Of a DNA stretch of 34,050 nucleotides, positions 26,386 to 34,050 are shown one piece after another; the first letter of the stretch is position 1; each line of letters starts with the position of its first letter. The position numbers were made by a program, and so were the translations under genes. Where the stretch lies: the sequence record SRR20825006_808, one strand, 5' to 3'. The notes under the pieces are model-generated. The model saw only the letters and a program-made list of their open reading frames with translations, was not told the origin of the DNA and did no database searches.

Positions 26386-28836
26386 ATGGCAATCACGGCG
26401 GACCAGGTCCCTATCATCATGTCTGCTGGTGCGACCGCGCTGGGCCTAGCCGCCTTGCTATGGGCGCTGCGCGTGTCTGATGGGGCACGTGGCGCGGCGC
26501 GCAAATACAAAGACCGGTCGTCCGATCTCGAGACTCTTCTGGCAGAGCACCGCTCAATCCTTGGTGCTCACCCGGGCGTGATCCTGGTCTGGCAGGGTGA
26601 GGCGCTTGAGCCCGACAGTGAAGAAATGACCCCGCCGGAGCTTTACGGTTCGCCGGTGGCATTGGCTGGCCTGCTCAGCTTCACCGACGATGCGATTTCG
26701 CCCGATCCGGCGGTGCGCATCATCGAAGGCCTTGCCGACCTCGAAGCGCGTGACAGTTCCGGACAGGACACGACGCTGCGGATTCGCATGCGCGAGCTGC
26801 GCGATACTGGACAGGCTTTCTCGCTCACCATCATCGGGCCGTCTGGCCGCTTCCTTGAGGCGGACGGGCGGACGGCTGGCGCGCGGGCGGTCGTCTGGGT
26901 CACCGACACCACCATCAAGGGACTGGAAGAAAGCTCCGCCCGCGGCAAGCTGGAAGAGGCGCGCCAGGTTATCGCGCGCGATCCGACAGCCTTCCTTGAC
27001 ATGCTGGGTAAGGCGCCGTTCCCGGCCTGGCGCGTATCCGGCATGGGCAAGCTGCAGTGGGTGAACCCATCTTACATTGAGGCAGTCGATGGGGTGAACC
27101 TCGACCGCGTCCTGGATCGGCAGATCATGCTGGACCAAGCTTCAGCTGACCAAGCCCGCAAGACTATTTCTGAAGGTGCGGATATCGACGAAACGCGCCA
27201 CATGGTCGTGAACGGAGAGCGGCGCGCCATGCGTGTGCTGACCTTCCCTCTATCCGGCGGGGCAGGGGCGATGGCGTTCGATGTGACCGCCCAGGAAAAT
27301 GCGCGCGAGGAACTGAACCGCCATGTTCGCGCGCATGACGAGACACTGAACCATGTTGCCGATGCTGTCGCGATCTTCGGGGCGGATCGCAAACTGACCT
27401 TCTACAACAAGGCCTTCCGCGACATGTGGGATCTCGATGAGAGCTTCCTGCTGGACCGCCCGAACCACGGGCAGTTGCTGGACCGCCTGCGCGAGCGCCG
27501 CAAGTTGCCGGCCCGTACAAATTACGCCGAATGGCGGGCGGAGGAGCTGTCCTACTACCTCGATATTGATGGGGTAAAGGAAGATACATGGTCACTGCCG
27601 GATGACCGGACTCTGTCCGTCACACGCCAGCGCCACCCGATGGGTGGCCTGTTGCTGTTGTTCAAGGACATCACAGGCGAACTGAACCTTCAGACCAAGT
27701 TCAATGCCATTGTGAAGACGCAGGCGTCCACGCTCGACAATCTGCACGAGGCAGTTGTCGTGTTCGGCGGCGACGGGCGGCTGAAACTGTTCAACAAGGC
27801 TTTTGAACGGCTCTGGTCCCTGGACCATGACGAGTTGAAAGACCATCCGGACTATAGCGATGTGATCGAGGACTGCGTTCCGCTGTTCCATGACCTGGAT
27901 GTCTGGGACGCGATCAAGGGCCATATTACGGACCCGTCCGCCCGCGCACGCCAGTCCACCACCGGAGAGATGCGCCGGTCTGATGGATCTATCCTGACAT
28001 ATCTGACCCATCCGCTGCCGGATGGAAACACGCTGATCGCCTTTGCGGATGTGACGGCCACACGCAGGGTTGAGTCCGCGCTGAGAGATCGGGCTGAAGC
28101 ATTTGAGGCTGCGGACCGTCTGAAAACGGAGTTCGTGCGCAATGTGTCCTACCAGCTGCGGTCGCCGCTGACGGTCATCTTTGGCTATGCTGAACTGCTG
28201 GAAACAAAGCGCAATGGCGATCTGACCGAGCGCCAGACAGACTATGTCAGCGCGATCCTGTCAGCTTCCGACCACCTCTCGAAACTGATCGAGAACATTC
28301 TCGACCTTGCCATGATCGAAGCAGGCCGTATGGATCTCGATCTGAAAGATGTGGATCTCAGCCATGTCATCGAGGAAAGCATCGACATGGTCGTGTCAAA
28401 GGCAGAGGACACGCAGATTGCCGTTCGCGCCGACATCAAGGGCAAGCTTGGAGTCATTCGGGCAGATGAGCGTCGCATCAGGCAGGTCTTGTTCAACCTC
28501 ATTTCCAATTCGCTCCGCTTTACCGAATCCGGTGGTGAAATCGTCGTCTCGTCCCAGCGCGTGGGCGACATGGTGACCCTGTCTGTGCGAGACAATGGCC
28601 GCGGGCTAGCAGCCGATAAACGCGCCACCAGCTTCGACAGTTTCGTTTCGGGCGACCAGCGCGGGGCCGGCCTCGGTCTTGCGCTCGTGAAGCATTTCAT
28701 CGATCTGCACGGCGGAACGGTCGGTATGAAACCGGTCGATGGCGGCGGTCTGGAAGTGACCTGCTGGCTGCCGGTGAAGGTCACAAAAGTTGTGCAGAAC
28801 CAGGAAATGTTGCTGACTGAGAGCCTGCCAGCCTGA
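26386..28836 (+). CDS. divL: DivL pseudo-histidine kinase (TM, multiple PAS, DHp with Tyr, CA domain)
   Basis: H-box EFVRNVSYQLRSPLTVIFGYAELL has Tyr in place of the phospho-His; one N-terminal TM; PAS repeats; QVLFNLISN, DNGRG, GAGLGLALV. Confidence 0.88.
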   Translation: MAITADQVPIIMSAGATALGLAALLWALRVSDGARGAARKYKDRSSDLETLLAEHRSILGAHPGVILVWQGEALEPDSEEMTPPELYGSPVALAGLLSFTDDAISPDPAVRIIEGLADLEARDSSGQDTTLRIRMRELRDTGQAFSLTIIGPSGRFLEADGRTAGARAVVWVTDTTIKGLEESSARGKLEEARQVIARDPTAFLDMLGKAPFPAWRVSGMGKLQWVNPSYIEAVDGVNLDRVLDRQIMLDQASADQARKTISEGADIDETRHMVVNGERRAMRVLTFPLSGGAGAMAFDVTAQENAREELNRHVRAHDETLNHVADAVAIFGADRKLTFYNKAFRDMWDLDESFLLDRPNHGQLLDRLRERRKLPARTNYAEWRAEELSYYLDIDGVKEDTWSLPDDRTLSVTRQRHPMGGLLLLFKDITGELNLQTKFNAIVKTQASTLDNLHEAVVVFGGDGRLKLFNKAFERLWSLDHDELKDHPDYSDVIEDCVPLFHDLDVWDAIKGHITDPSARARQSTTGEMRRSDGSILTYLTHPLPDGNTLIAFADVTATRRVESALRDRAEAFEAADRLKTEFVRNVSYQLRSPLTVIFGYAELLETKRNGDLTERQTDYVSAILSASDHLSKLIENILDLAMIEAGRMDLDLKDVDLSHVIEESIDMVVSKAEDTQIAVRADIKGKLGVIRADERRIRQVLFNLISNSLRFTESGGEIVVSSQRVGDMVTLSVRDNGRGLAADKRATSFDSFVSGDQRGAGLGLALVKHFIDLHGGTVGMKPVDGGGLEVTCWLPVKVTKVVQNQEMLLTESLPA

Positions 28837-28940
28837 TTACCTGAGGGCCTGTTTAGGACGTCTCACAAACAAGTTTACTGACTTTCTGCGCGCCATGCCT
28901 ACATGTTGGTTTGACAAAACCAAGCAAGAAGGCACGCAAC

Positions 28941-29819
28941 ATGGCTGACGATACCTATATCCCACCGAAGGTCTGGAAATGGGATGCTGAGAGCGGCGGG
29001 CGTTTCGCCAGCATCAACCGGCCGATTTCGGGCGCGACCCATGACAAGGATTTGCAGGTTGGGAAACATCCGCTGCAACTTTATTCGCTGGGCACACCGA
29101 ACGGCGTTAAAGTCACTGTAATGCTTGAAGAACTGCTCGCGGCGGGTCATTCCGGCGCTGAGTATGATGCCTGGTTGGTCAACATCATGGAGGGCGACCA
29201 GTTTTCCAGCGGATTTGTTTCTGCCAACCCGAACTCCAAGATCCCGGCCCTGATGGACCATTCGACCAATCCGCCCACCCGCGTGTTCGAATCCGGATCG
29301 ATCCTTCTGTACCTGTCAGAGAAGTTTGACGCTTTCCTGCCCAAGGATCCGCGCAAGCGCACGGAAGCGCTTTCCTGGCTGTTCTGGCAGATGGGATCGG
29401 CGCCTTATCTCGGCGGTGGCTTTGGCCATTTCTACGCATATGCGCCAATCAAGATCGAATACGCGATTGATCGGTTTGCGATGGAGGTGAAGCGGGAACT
29501 GGACGTGCTGGACAAGCGGCTCGCCGATAATGAATTCATGGCTGGCGACGAGTACTCGATTGCAGATATGGCAATCTGGCCCTGGTACGGCGCTCTGGCG
29601 TCGGGTGTCGTGTATGATGCGGGAGAATTCCTGCAGGTTCATGAGTACGAAAATGTTCAGCGCTGGACCAAACAGATCGCCGAGCGTCCGGCAGTCAAGC
29701 GTGGCCGCATGGTGAACCGCACTTTTGGCAAGCCGGAGACCCAACTGCGCGAACGCCACGACGCCAGCGATTTTGATACCAGGACCCAGGACAAGCTGGA
29801 TCCCGAAGGCTCCAGCTGA
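28941..29819 (+). CDS. yghU: Glutathione-dependent disulfide-bond oxidoreductase (nu-class GST)
   Basis: YIPPKVWKW, FASINRPISGATHDK, SLGTPNGVKV, NPNSKIPAL, FESGSIL, LRERHDASDF; ATG at 28941. Confidence 0.92.
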   Translation: MADDTYIPPKVWKWDAESGGRFASINRPISGATHDKDLQVGKHPLQLYSLGTPNGVKVTVMLEELLAAGHSGAEYDAWLVNIMEGDQFSSGFVSANPNSKIPALMDHSTNPPTRVFESGSILLYLSEKFDAFLPKDPRKRTEALSWLFWQMGSAPYLGGGFGHFYAYAPIKIEYAIDRFAMEVKRELDVLDKRLADNEFMAGDEYSIADMAIWPWYGALASGVVYDAGEFLQVHEYENVQRWTKQIAERPAVKRGRMVNRTFGKPETQLRERHDASDFDTRTQDKLDPEGSS

Positions 29820-29831
29820 TCCTGTCTTTGG

Positions 29832-30623
29832 TCAGGATTTCTCGAATTTGAGAATGTAGCGATCCGTCTGTCTCCGGATAGACGGATCGAATACGTTCAG
29901 CGTGCCATCGTCGTCGGGATTCGCGAGTAGGTCACTCTCCTCGACAAGGACGAGGCCGACATCGCCCATCATATCCATCAAGGTGTCTTGCGCCAGCCGA
30001 TGTGTCACGCCGCCAGTTGTTGCGGGCGCACCGTCAGGCGCGCGGTGATCAATCACGACGAAATGCCCGCCGGGTTTCAGGACGCGCGCAATTTCGGAAA
30101 AGGCGACATCCGGATCTCCGAGTGCACCCGGCTCCGCGCCTTCCGGCGTGTACCAGAGCTCATGTGGACCGAGAAACCAGGTTACGAGATCCACCTCCAT
30201 ATCGCCAATGGGTTCGAAATCATCGAACGATGTCTGGATGTGAGTCACGTTGATCAGCCGGCCATCCATGCGTTTCTCGACCGCATCGCCGAGGAAGGTT
30301 TCAAACTCTGGTGGGTTCTGAAGGTAGACTTTTCCCTCTTCGCCCACGACCAGTGAGAAGAGTTCGGTATAGATGCCGCCGCCAGCTTCCATATCCAGCA
30401 CTGTCATGCCCGGCATTACTCCGGTGAATGCAAGGATCTGCCGCGAATTGCGAAGCTCATACTGCTCGAAATCATCTTCCGGTCGACCATCATGCACGAA
30501 GACGGAATCGTAATCGAACGCAGGGACGGTAGTTTCCGGCATTGTTGGCATGCTCTCGGGAATCGGCGCAGCACATGCGGCCAAGCTCAAGCAAGCAGCT
30601 GCGAAACTTAGTGAATGTCTCAT
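29832..30623 (-). CDS. Class I SAM-dependent methyltransferase-like lipoprotein (COG4798-type)
   Basis: ATG at 30623 after GAGGA; lipobox LAAC; motif I VLDMEAGGGIYT; LKPGGHFVVIDH; LLANPDDD...IRRQTDRYILKF C-terminus. Confidence 0.8.
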   Translation of the reverse strand: MRHSLSFAAACLSLAACAAPIPESMPTMPETTVPAFDYDSVFVHDGRPEDDFEQYELRNSRQILAFTGVMPGMTVLDMEAGGGIYTELFSLVVGEEGKVYLQNPPEFETFLGDAVEKRMDGRLINVTHIQTSFDDFEPIGDMEVDLVTWFLGPHELWYTPEGAEPGALGDPDVAFSEIARVLKPGGHFVVIDHRAPDGAPATTGGVTHRLAQDTLMDMMGDVGLVLVEESDLLANPDDDGTLNVFDPSIRRQTDRYILKFEKS

Positions 30624-30642
30624 GGGAATGTCCTCTGTCCGC

Positions 30643-31614
30643 TCAGGCCTTGCTGAGCATGGTCTCGCTGATATCCCAAAGCCGCTCGGCTTTTTCGTCA
30701 TCACAGATCCAGGGTCGGGCGTGCTCCCAGCGTTGACTCTCTTCGGTGGCAAGCTTGGCAATATCGCAATCTTCGCAATAAACGCCGCCCTTGTCCGCCA
30801 GGGCAGGGGAAGTAGCGGCCCAGACGCTGGTGGATGCGCCTTGCTCTGGTGTCTTGAACATGGCCTGAACTTGAGGCGGGATTGTTCCGTCGGGGTTTTT
30901 CCAACCGAGTTCGGCCATTTCCTCATCAGTGAGGTGGCGTTGCAGAGGCGTGAAAATCCCTCCCGGATGCACCGAGAATGCCCGCACACCGATATCCTTG
31001 CCGCGATGGTCCACGCCCAGAGCAAACAGGGCGCACGCTGATTTGGACTGGCCGTAGGCTTCCCATTTGTCATAGGGATGGGATTCGTAATTGGGATCGT
31101 CCCAGATCACGTCGGAGCGCACATGCGCTGTTGATGAAAGGGCGACTAAGCGCGCGCCGTCCGCGCGTTCAAGAGCGGGGGCGAGCGCGAGGCTCATCGC
31201 CATATGCGCGAGATGGTTCACGCCCAACTGGCGTTCCCAGCCGGGCCCAACCCGCGTTTCAGGGCAGGCCATGACACCCGCATTGTTAACAAGGATATCA
31301 AGTGCGCGGCCTGTGTCCTCAAAATCAGCGGTGAATTTTCGCACGGTGGCGAGGTCTTCCAAGTCCATCGCCGCAATCTCGATATCGCCGGGAATGTCAG
31401 CGAGCGCAGCCTCGGCGGCGTCGACGCGTCGCGCAGGAACCGTCACGCGCGCGCCTGCGCCCGCCAGGGCGCGAACGGTTTCCAGGCCAATCCCCGAATA
31501 GCCGCCAGTGACGATTACGTTGCGTCCGGTCAGGTCGATGCCGTCGATAACTTCCTGTGCCGTCGACTTTGCATGAAAGCCTGATCCGATCGGCGTCTGG
31601 TCTGTTGCGGCCAT
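30643..31614 (-). CDS. SDR oxidoreductase (retinol-dehydrogenase/WWOX-like subgroup)
   Basis: TGGYSGIG, NNAGVMACP, VNHLAH, AYGQSK, VHPGGI, PEQGASTSVWAA, AERLWDISE. Confidence 0.9.
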   Translation of the reverse strand: MAATDQTPIGSGFHAKSTAQEVIDGIDLTGRNVIVTGGYSGIGLETVRALAGAGARVTVPARRVDAAEAALADIPGDIEIAAMDLEDLATVRKFTADFEDTGRALDILVNNAGVMACPETRVGPGWERQLGVNHLAHMAMSLALAPALERADGARLVALSSTAHVRSDVIWDDPNYESHPYDKWEAYGQSKSACALFALGVDHRGKDIGVRAFSVHPGGIFTPLQRHLTDEEMAELGWKNPDGTIPPQVQAMFKTPEQGASTSVWAATSPALADKGGVYCEDCDIAKLATEESQRWEHARPWICDDEKAERLWDISETMLSKA

Positions 31615-31768
31615 GTGTTTCCCCTTTGGTCGTTTGGTTTCTTATGCTGAGCCAGCCGGTACGACGGCAAGCGATCATGCGTGATGTTACCAATCTGTAA
31701 GCAGCGGTTTACATGGACGCACTCCGTATCGCCACTTATATCCCGAATATAACCAAGGGAGAAATTGC

Positions 31769-32368
31769 ATGCGTATTCTTGCCGCCGCGATATCTGTTGT
31801 CGCCATGTCAGTCGCTGTTCTTCCTGCTGCTGCGCAGTATGGTCAGGTTGAGCGGACCCAAGCGGAAATTGCGCTCGAGGAAGCTACGGCTAACCTTGAG
31901 ACCAATCGCGTCACACGCACCGAAGCCAGTCAGGCCTGTGACACCAGGGATTATCAAGCCTGCTTCGAGCTGGCCGATATGTATCGCAAGGGGCTTGGCG
32001 GCGACCAGGATTACAAGAGCGCTGCGGACAATTATCGCAAGGCGTGCGATGGAAAAGTCGCAGAGGCCTGTTCAGGACTTGCCTATCTGACTGTTCAAGG
32101 GCGCGGCATGGATGCCGATACCGCTCGGGCGCGCCAGCTTTATGATAAAGCGTGTGATTATGGCGACGTGAGCGGATGTGCAGCCTATGGCAACATGATC
32201 TATACCGGCCAAGGTGGTTCCAAGAACGTTGCGGAAGGCACGCGCCTTCTCCAGGAATCCTGCGATAAGGCGTATGAATGGGCCTGCGAACGCCTGTCGA
32301 CGCTTGGGGCCTATCAGCCCGATGACTCGACTTGGGAGCGTCTTGAAGACGTCAGGCGCCGCTACTGA
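31769..32368 (+). CDS. Exported Cys-rich Sel1-like repeat protein
   Basis: Signal peptide ending AAA-Q; repeats ACFELADMYRKGLGGDQDY, ACSGLAYLTVQGRGMDADT, GCAAYGNMIYTGQGGSKNV with paired Cys (AC-x7-C type); AAGGGAGA RBS. Confidence 0.88.
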   Translation: MRILAAAISVVAMSVAVLPAAAQYGQVERTQAEIALEEATANLETNRVTRTEASQACDTRDYQACFELADMYRKGLGGDQDYKSAADNYRKACDGKVAEACSGLAYLTVQGRGMDADTARARQLYDKACDYGDVSGCAAYGNMIYTGQGGSKNVAEGTRLLQESCDKAYEWACERLSTLGAYQPDDSTWERLEDVRRRY

Positions 32369-32877
32369 TTTTCACTCAAGGTCGACAGTTTGCGCGCAAG
32401 GCTTGAGCCTGGCAGCGGGCTGGCGGGTCGGTTCGGGTCGATAGCGGGGGTCTCGGAAACTGTATCAGCAGTGATATGCTCAGGTGTGTCCACAGCCTCA
32501 TGCGTCGGTATGGGGCCATCGGTTGCGACGTTGAGGTCAGCGGTCATCAGCGACCCTGCGTCAACGCGGATGCTGCGGGTGAACACCTTTCCGGTGACAA
32601 CAGCTTCATTCCATATCTCGAGGCTCTCATGAGCAGTCACATTGCCCGTCAGCTTGCCATGTACGACGATGATTGCCGCCTCCAGCGATCCTTCGATATG
32701 ACCGGTCGCTTCGATCAATACCAGCCCGTCCGATTTGACCGGACCTTTCATATGGCCTGCTACGGTAAGCGGGCCAGAGAAATTGAAGCTGCCTTCCAGC
32801 GCGCATTCCGTGCCGATGAAGCTGCCCTGACCTGAGCGGCCCTTGCCGGCAGCATTGTCCGTTTCGAATTTGGCCAT
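32362..32877 (-). CDS. Bactofilin (polymer-forming cytoskeletal protein)
   Basis: SFIGTECALEGSFNFSGPLTVAGHMKG...IEATGHIEGSL...VVHGKLTGNV...AVVTGKV...IRVDAGS beta-helix; Pro/acidic C-terminal tail; ATG 32877 or GTG 32880. Confidence 0.88.
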   Translation of the reverse strand: MAKFETDNAAGKGRSGQGSFIGTECALEGSFNFSGPLTVAGHMKGPVKSDGLVLIEATGHIEGSLEAAIIVVHGKLTGNVTAHESLEIWNEAVVTGKVFTRSIRVDAGSLMTADLNVATDGPIPTHEAVDTPEHITADTVSETPAIDPNRPASPLPGSSLARKLSTLSENQ

Positions 32878-33071
32878 CACCCATACTTTCCCATGTTCTG
32901 ACCTGATGCACCTGTTGTCGGCGTTGGGGTTTTCATCCGGGCCAGAGAATTGATTTCATTGCTCTTATAGCGCGCAATTGGCCGCGCGCACAGTTCCAAG
33001 CAGAGATTACCTTGCAAGATACGGGCAAGTTTTCCTCGCCATAAGGCCATATTCCTGTGTTGAAACAGCTC

Positions 33072-33761
33072 ATGAGCCTGTTTCGGTCCGTTTCATTTAC
33101 CTTGATGCTGGTTGCAGCGGCGTGTTCACAATCGTCTGAACCGGTTGCAGGCGGTGTTATCCCGTTGCAATCCGGTTTCACCGGCATTGACCTGTCGCAC
33201 CATAATGGTCGCATCCGCTGGGACGAGTTCGAGGCCGCACCCGTCGATTTTCTTTACCTCAAGGCTACCGAAGGTCGGGACTGGAAAGATCCACGTTTCC
33301 TGGAAAATTGGCGCGAAGCGACAACGCGCGGCTGGACGGTCGGCGCTTATCATTTCTACCGACTCTGCCGGCCGGGAGCCGAGCAGGCCCAGAATTTCAT
33401 TCAGTCCGTGGAAGTGCGGGCAGGGGCGCTGCCGCCCGCAGTTGATTTGGAATATGCGCACAATTGCGAGCCGCGCGGCAGCACGACTGAGACTTTGGGA
33501 GAATTGGACACATTCCTGACAGCGCTAGAGGCCGAATATGGCGTGCGGCCGGTGATCTACACGACGCCAGAGTTTCACACCGACTGGCTGGCCGGCAGTT
33601 ATGATGACTATCCGCTCTGGTTGCGCGGCCTTGGCGAGACGATGCCGCGGACCATCAACGGCCGCGTACCGGACATCTGGCAATACACCATGTCCGGCCG
33701 CGTACCGGGAATTGACGGCCGGGTGGACATGAACCGGGTTCCGGACCGTCCACCCGGATAA
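33072..33761 (+). CDS. GH25 lysozyme/muramidase, predicted lipoprotein
   Basis: GIDLSHHNG, YLKATEG, GAYHFY, PPAVDLE (DxE), IWQYT, VDMN; lipobox VAAAC; start could be 33057. Confidence 0.9.
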   Translation: MSLFRSVSFTLMLVAAACSQSSEPVAGGVIPLQSGFTGIDLSHHNGRIRWDEFEAAPVDFLYLKATEGRDWKDPRFLENWREATTRGWTVGAYHFYRLCRPGAEQAQNFIQSVEVRAGALPPAVDLEYAHNCEPRGSTTETLGELDTFLTALEAEYGVRPVIYTTPEFHTDWLAGSYDDYPLWLRGLGETMPRTINGRVPDIWQYTMSGRVPGIDGRVDMNRVPDRPPG

Positions 33762-33764
33762 GGT

Positions 33765-34050
33765 TTAGTTGCGGGATTTGTCGACCAGGCGATCGTTCTG
33801 GGCCCAGTGCATCATGCCGCGAAGTTTCTCGCCGACTTCTTCGATTTCGTGGCTGTTCATGCGCTGGCGCATGGCGTTGAAGCCCGGTGCGCCGGCCTGG
33901 TTTTCGAGGACCCAGTTGCGGGCAAACGTGCCGTTCTGGATGTCTTCGAGAACCTTTTTCATGTTGGCCTTGGCTTCGGAATTGATCACGCGCGGGCCGG
34001 AGACGTATTCGCCATATTCGGCCGTGTTCGAGATCGAGTAGTTCATGTTG
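33765..34050 (-). CDS. ilvC: Ketol-acid reductoisomerase, C-terminal part (runs off the window)
   Basis: [20 protein letters not shown]...[14 protein letters not shown]...[12 protein letters not shown]. Confidence 0.95.
   Translation of the reverse strand, partial: NMNYSISNTAEYGEYVSGPRVINSEAKANMKKVLEDIQNGTFARNWVLENQAGAPGFNAMRQRMNSHEIEEVGEKLRGMMHWAQNDRLVDKSRN

Noticed and set aside
30624..31073. 150-codon upstream extension of the methyltransferase ORF overlapping the SDR (possible frameshift fusion)
   Set aside because: The SDR is complete in its own frame, the methyltransferase has its own RBS and signal peptide, and no slippery site is evident.
33011..33027. Sigma-54-like TTGCCCGTATCTTGCA on the minus strand upstream of bactofilin
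   Set aside because: Lacks the invariant GG at -24.
33072..33761. GH25 as a prophage endolysin remnant
   Set aside because: Has a lipoprotein signal and no holin, spanin, integrase or structural genes nearby; flanked by housekeeping ilvC.

Overview
GC-rich alphaproteobacterial chromosomal segment, most consistent with a stalked/budding Hyphomonadaceae/Caulobacterales organism. This is inferred from the DivL, TipN-like, single-domain Hpt and bactofilin genes and a perfect CtrA box. It holds about 30 densely packed genes. Metabolism: chorismate mutase, leuA, bioB, aguA-aguB, yghU, two SDRs, 3' end of ilvC. Envelope: alpha-2-macroglobulin-pbpC, exported MsrA, GT39/ArnT-like transferase, Oar-like TonB-dependent receptor, GH25 muramidase, Sel1 protein. 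Cell cycle/polarity: Hpt, TipN-like, DivL, bactofilin. I saw no mobile element, CRISPR array, tRNA or rRNA. Items absent from the ORF track: a Leu-rich leader peptide with alternative RNA helices upstream of leuA, a 47-aa membrane-type sORF between the Hpt and TipN-like genes, a Pho box plus structured leader upstream of the TonB receptor, and a CtrA box between divL and an EF-hand gene. Best candidates for undescribed biology are a CarF/TMEM189-family desaturase lacking the His linked to plasmalogen synthesis, and a Sel1-bactofilin-GH25 muramidase cluster. All family calls are by motif recognition; no searches were run.
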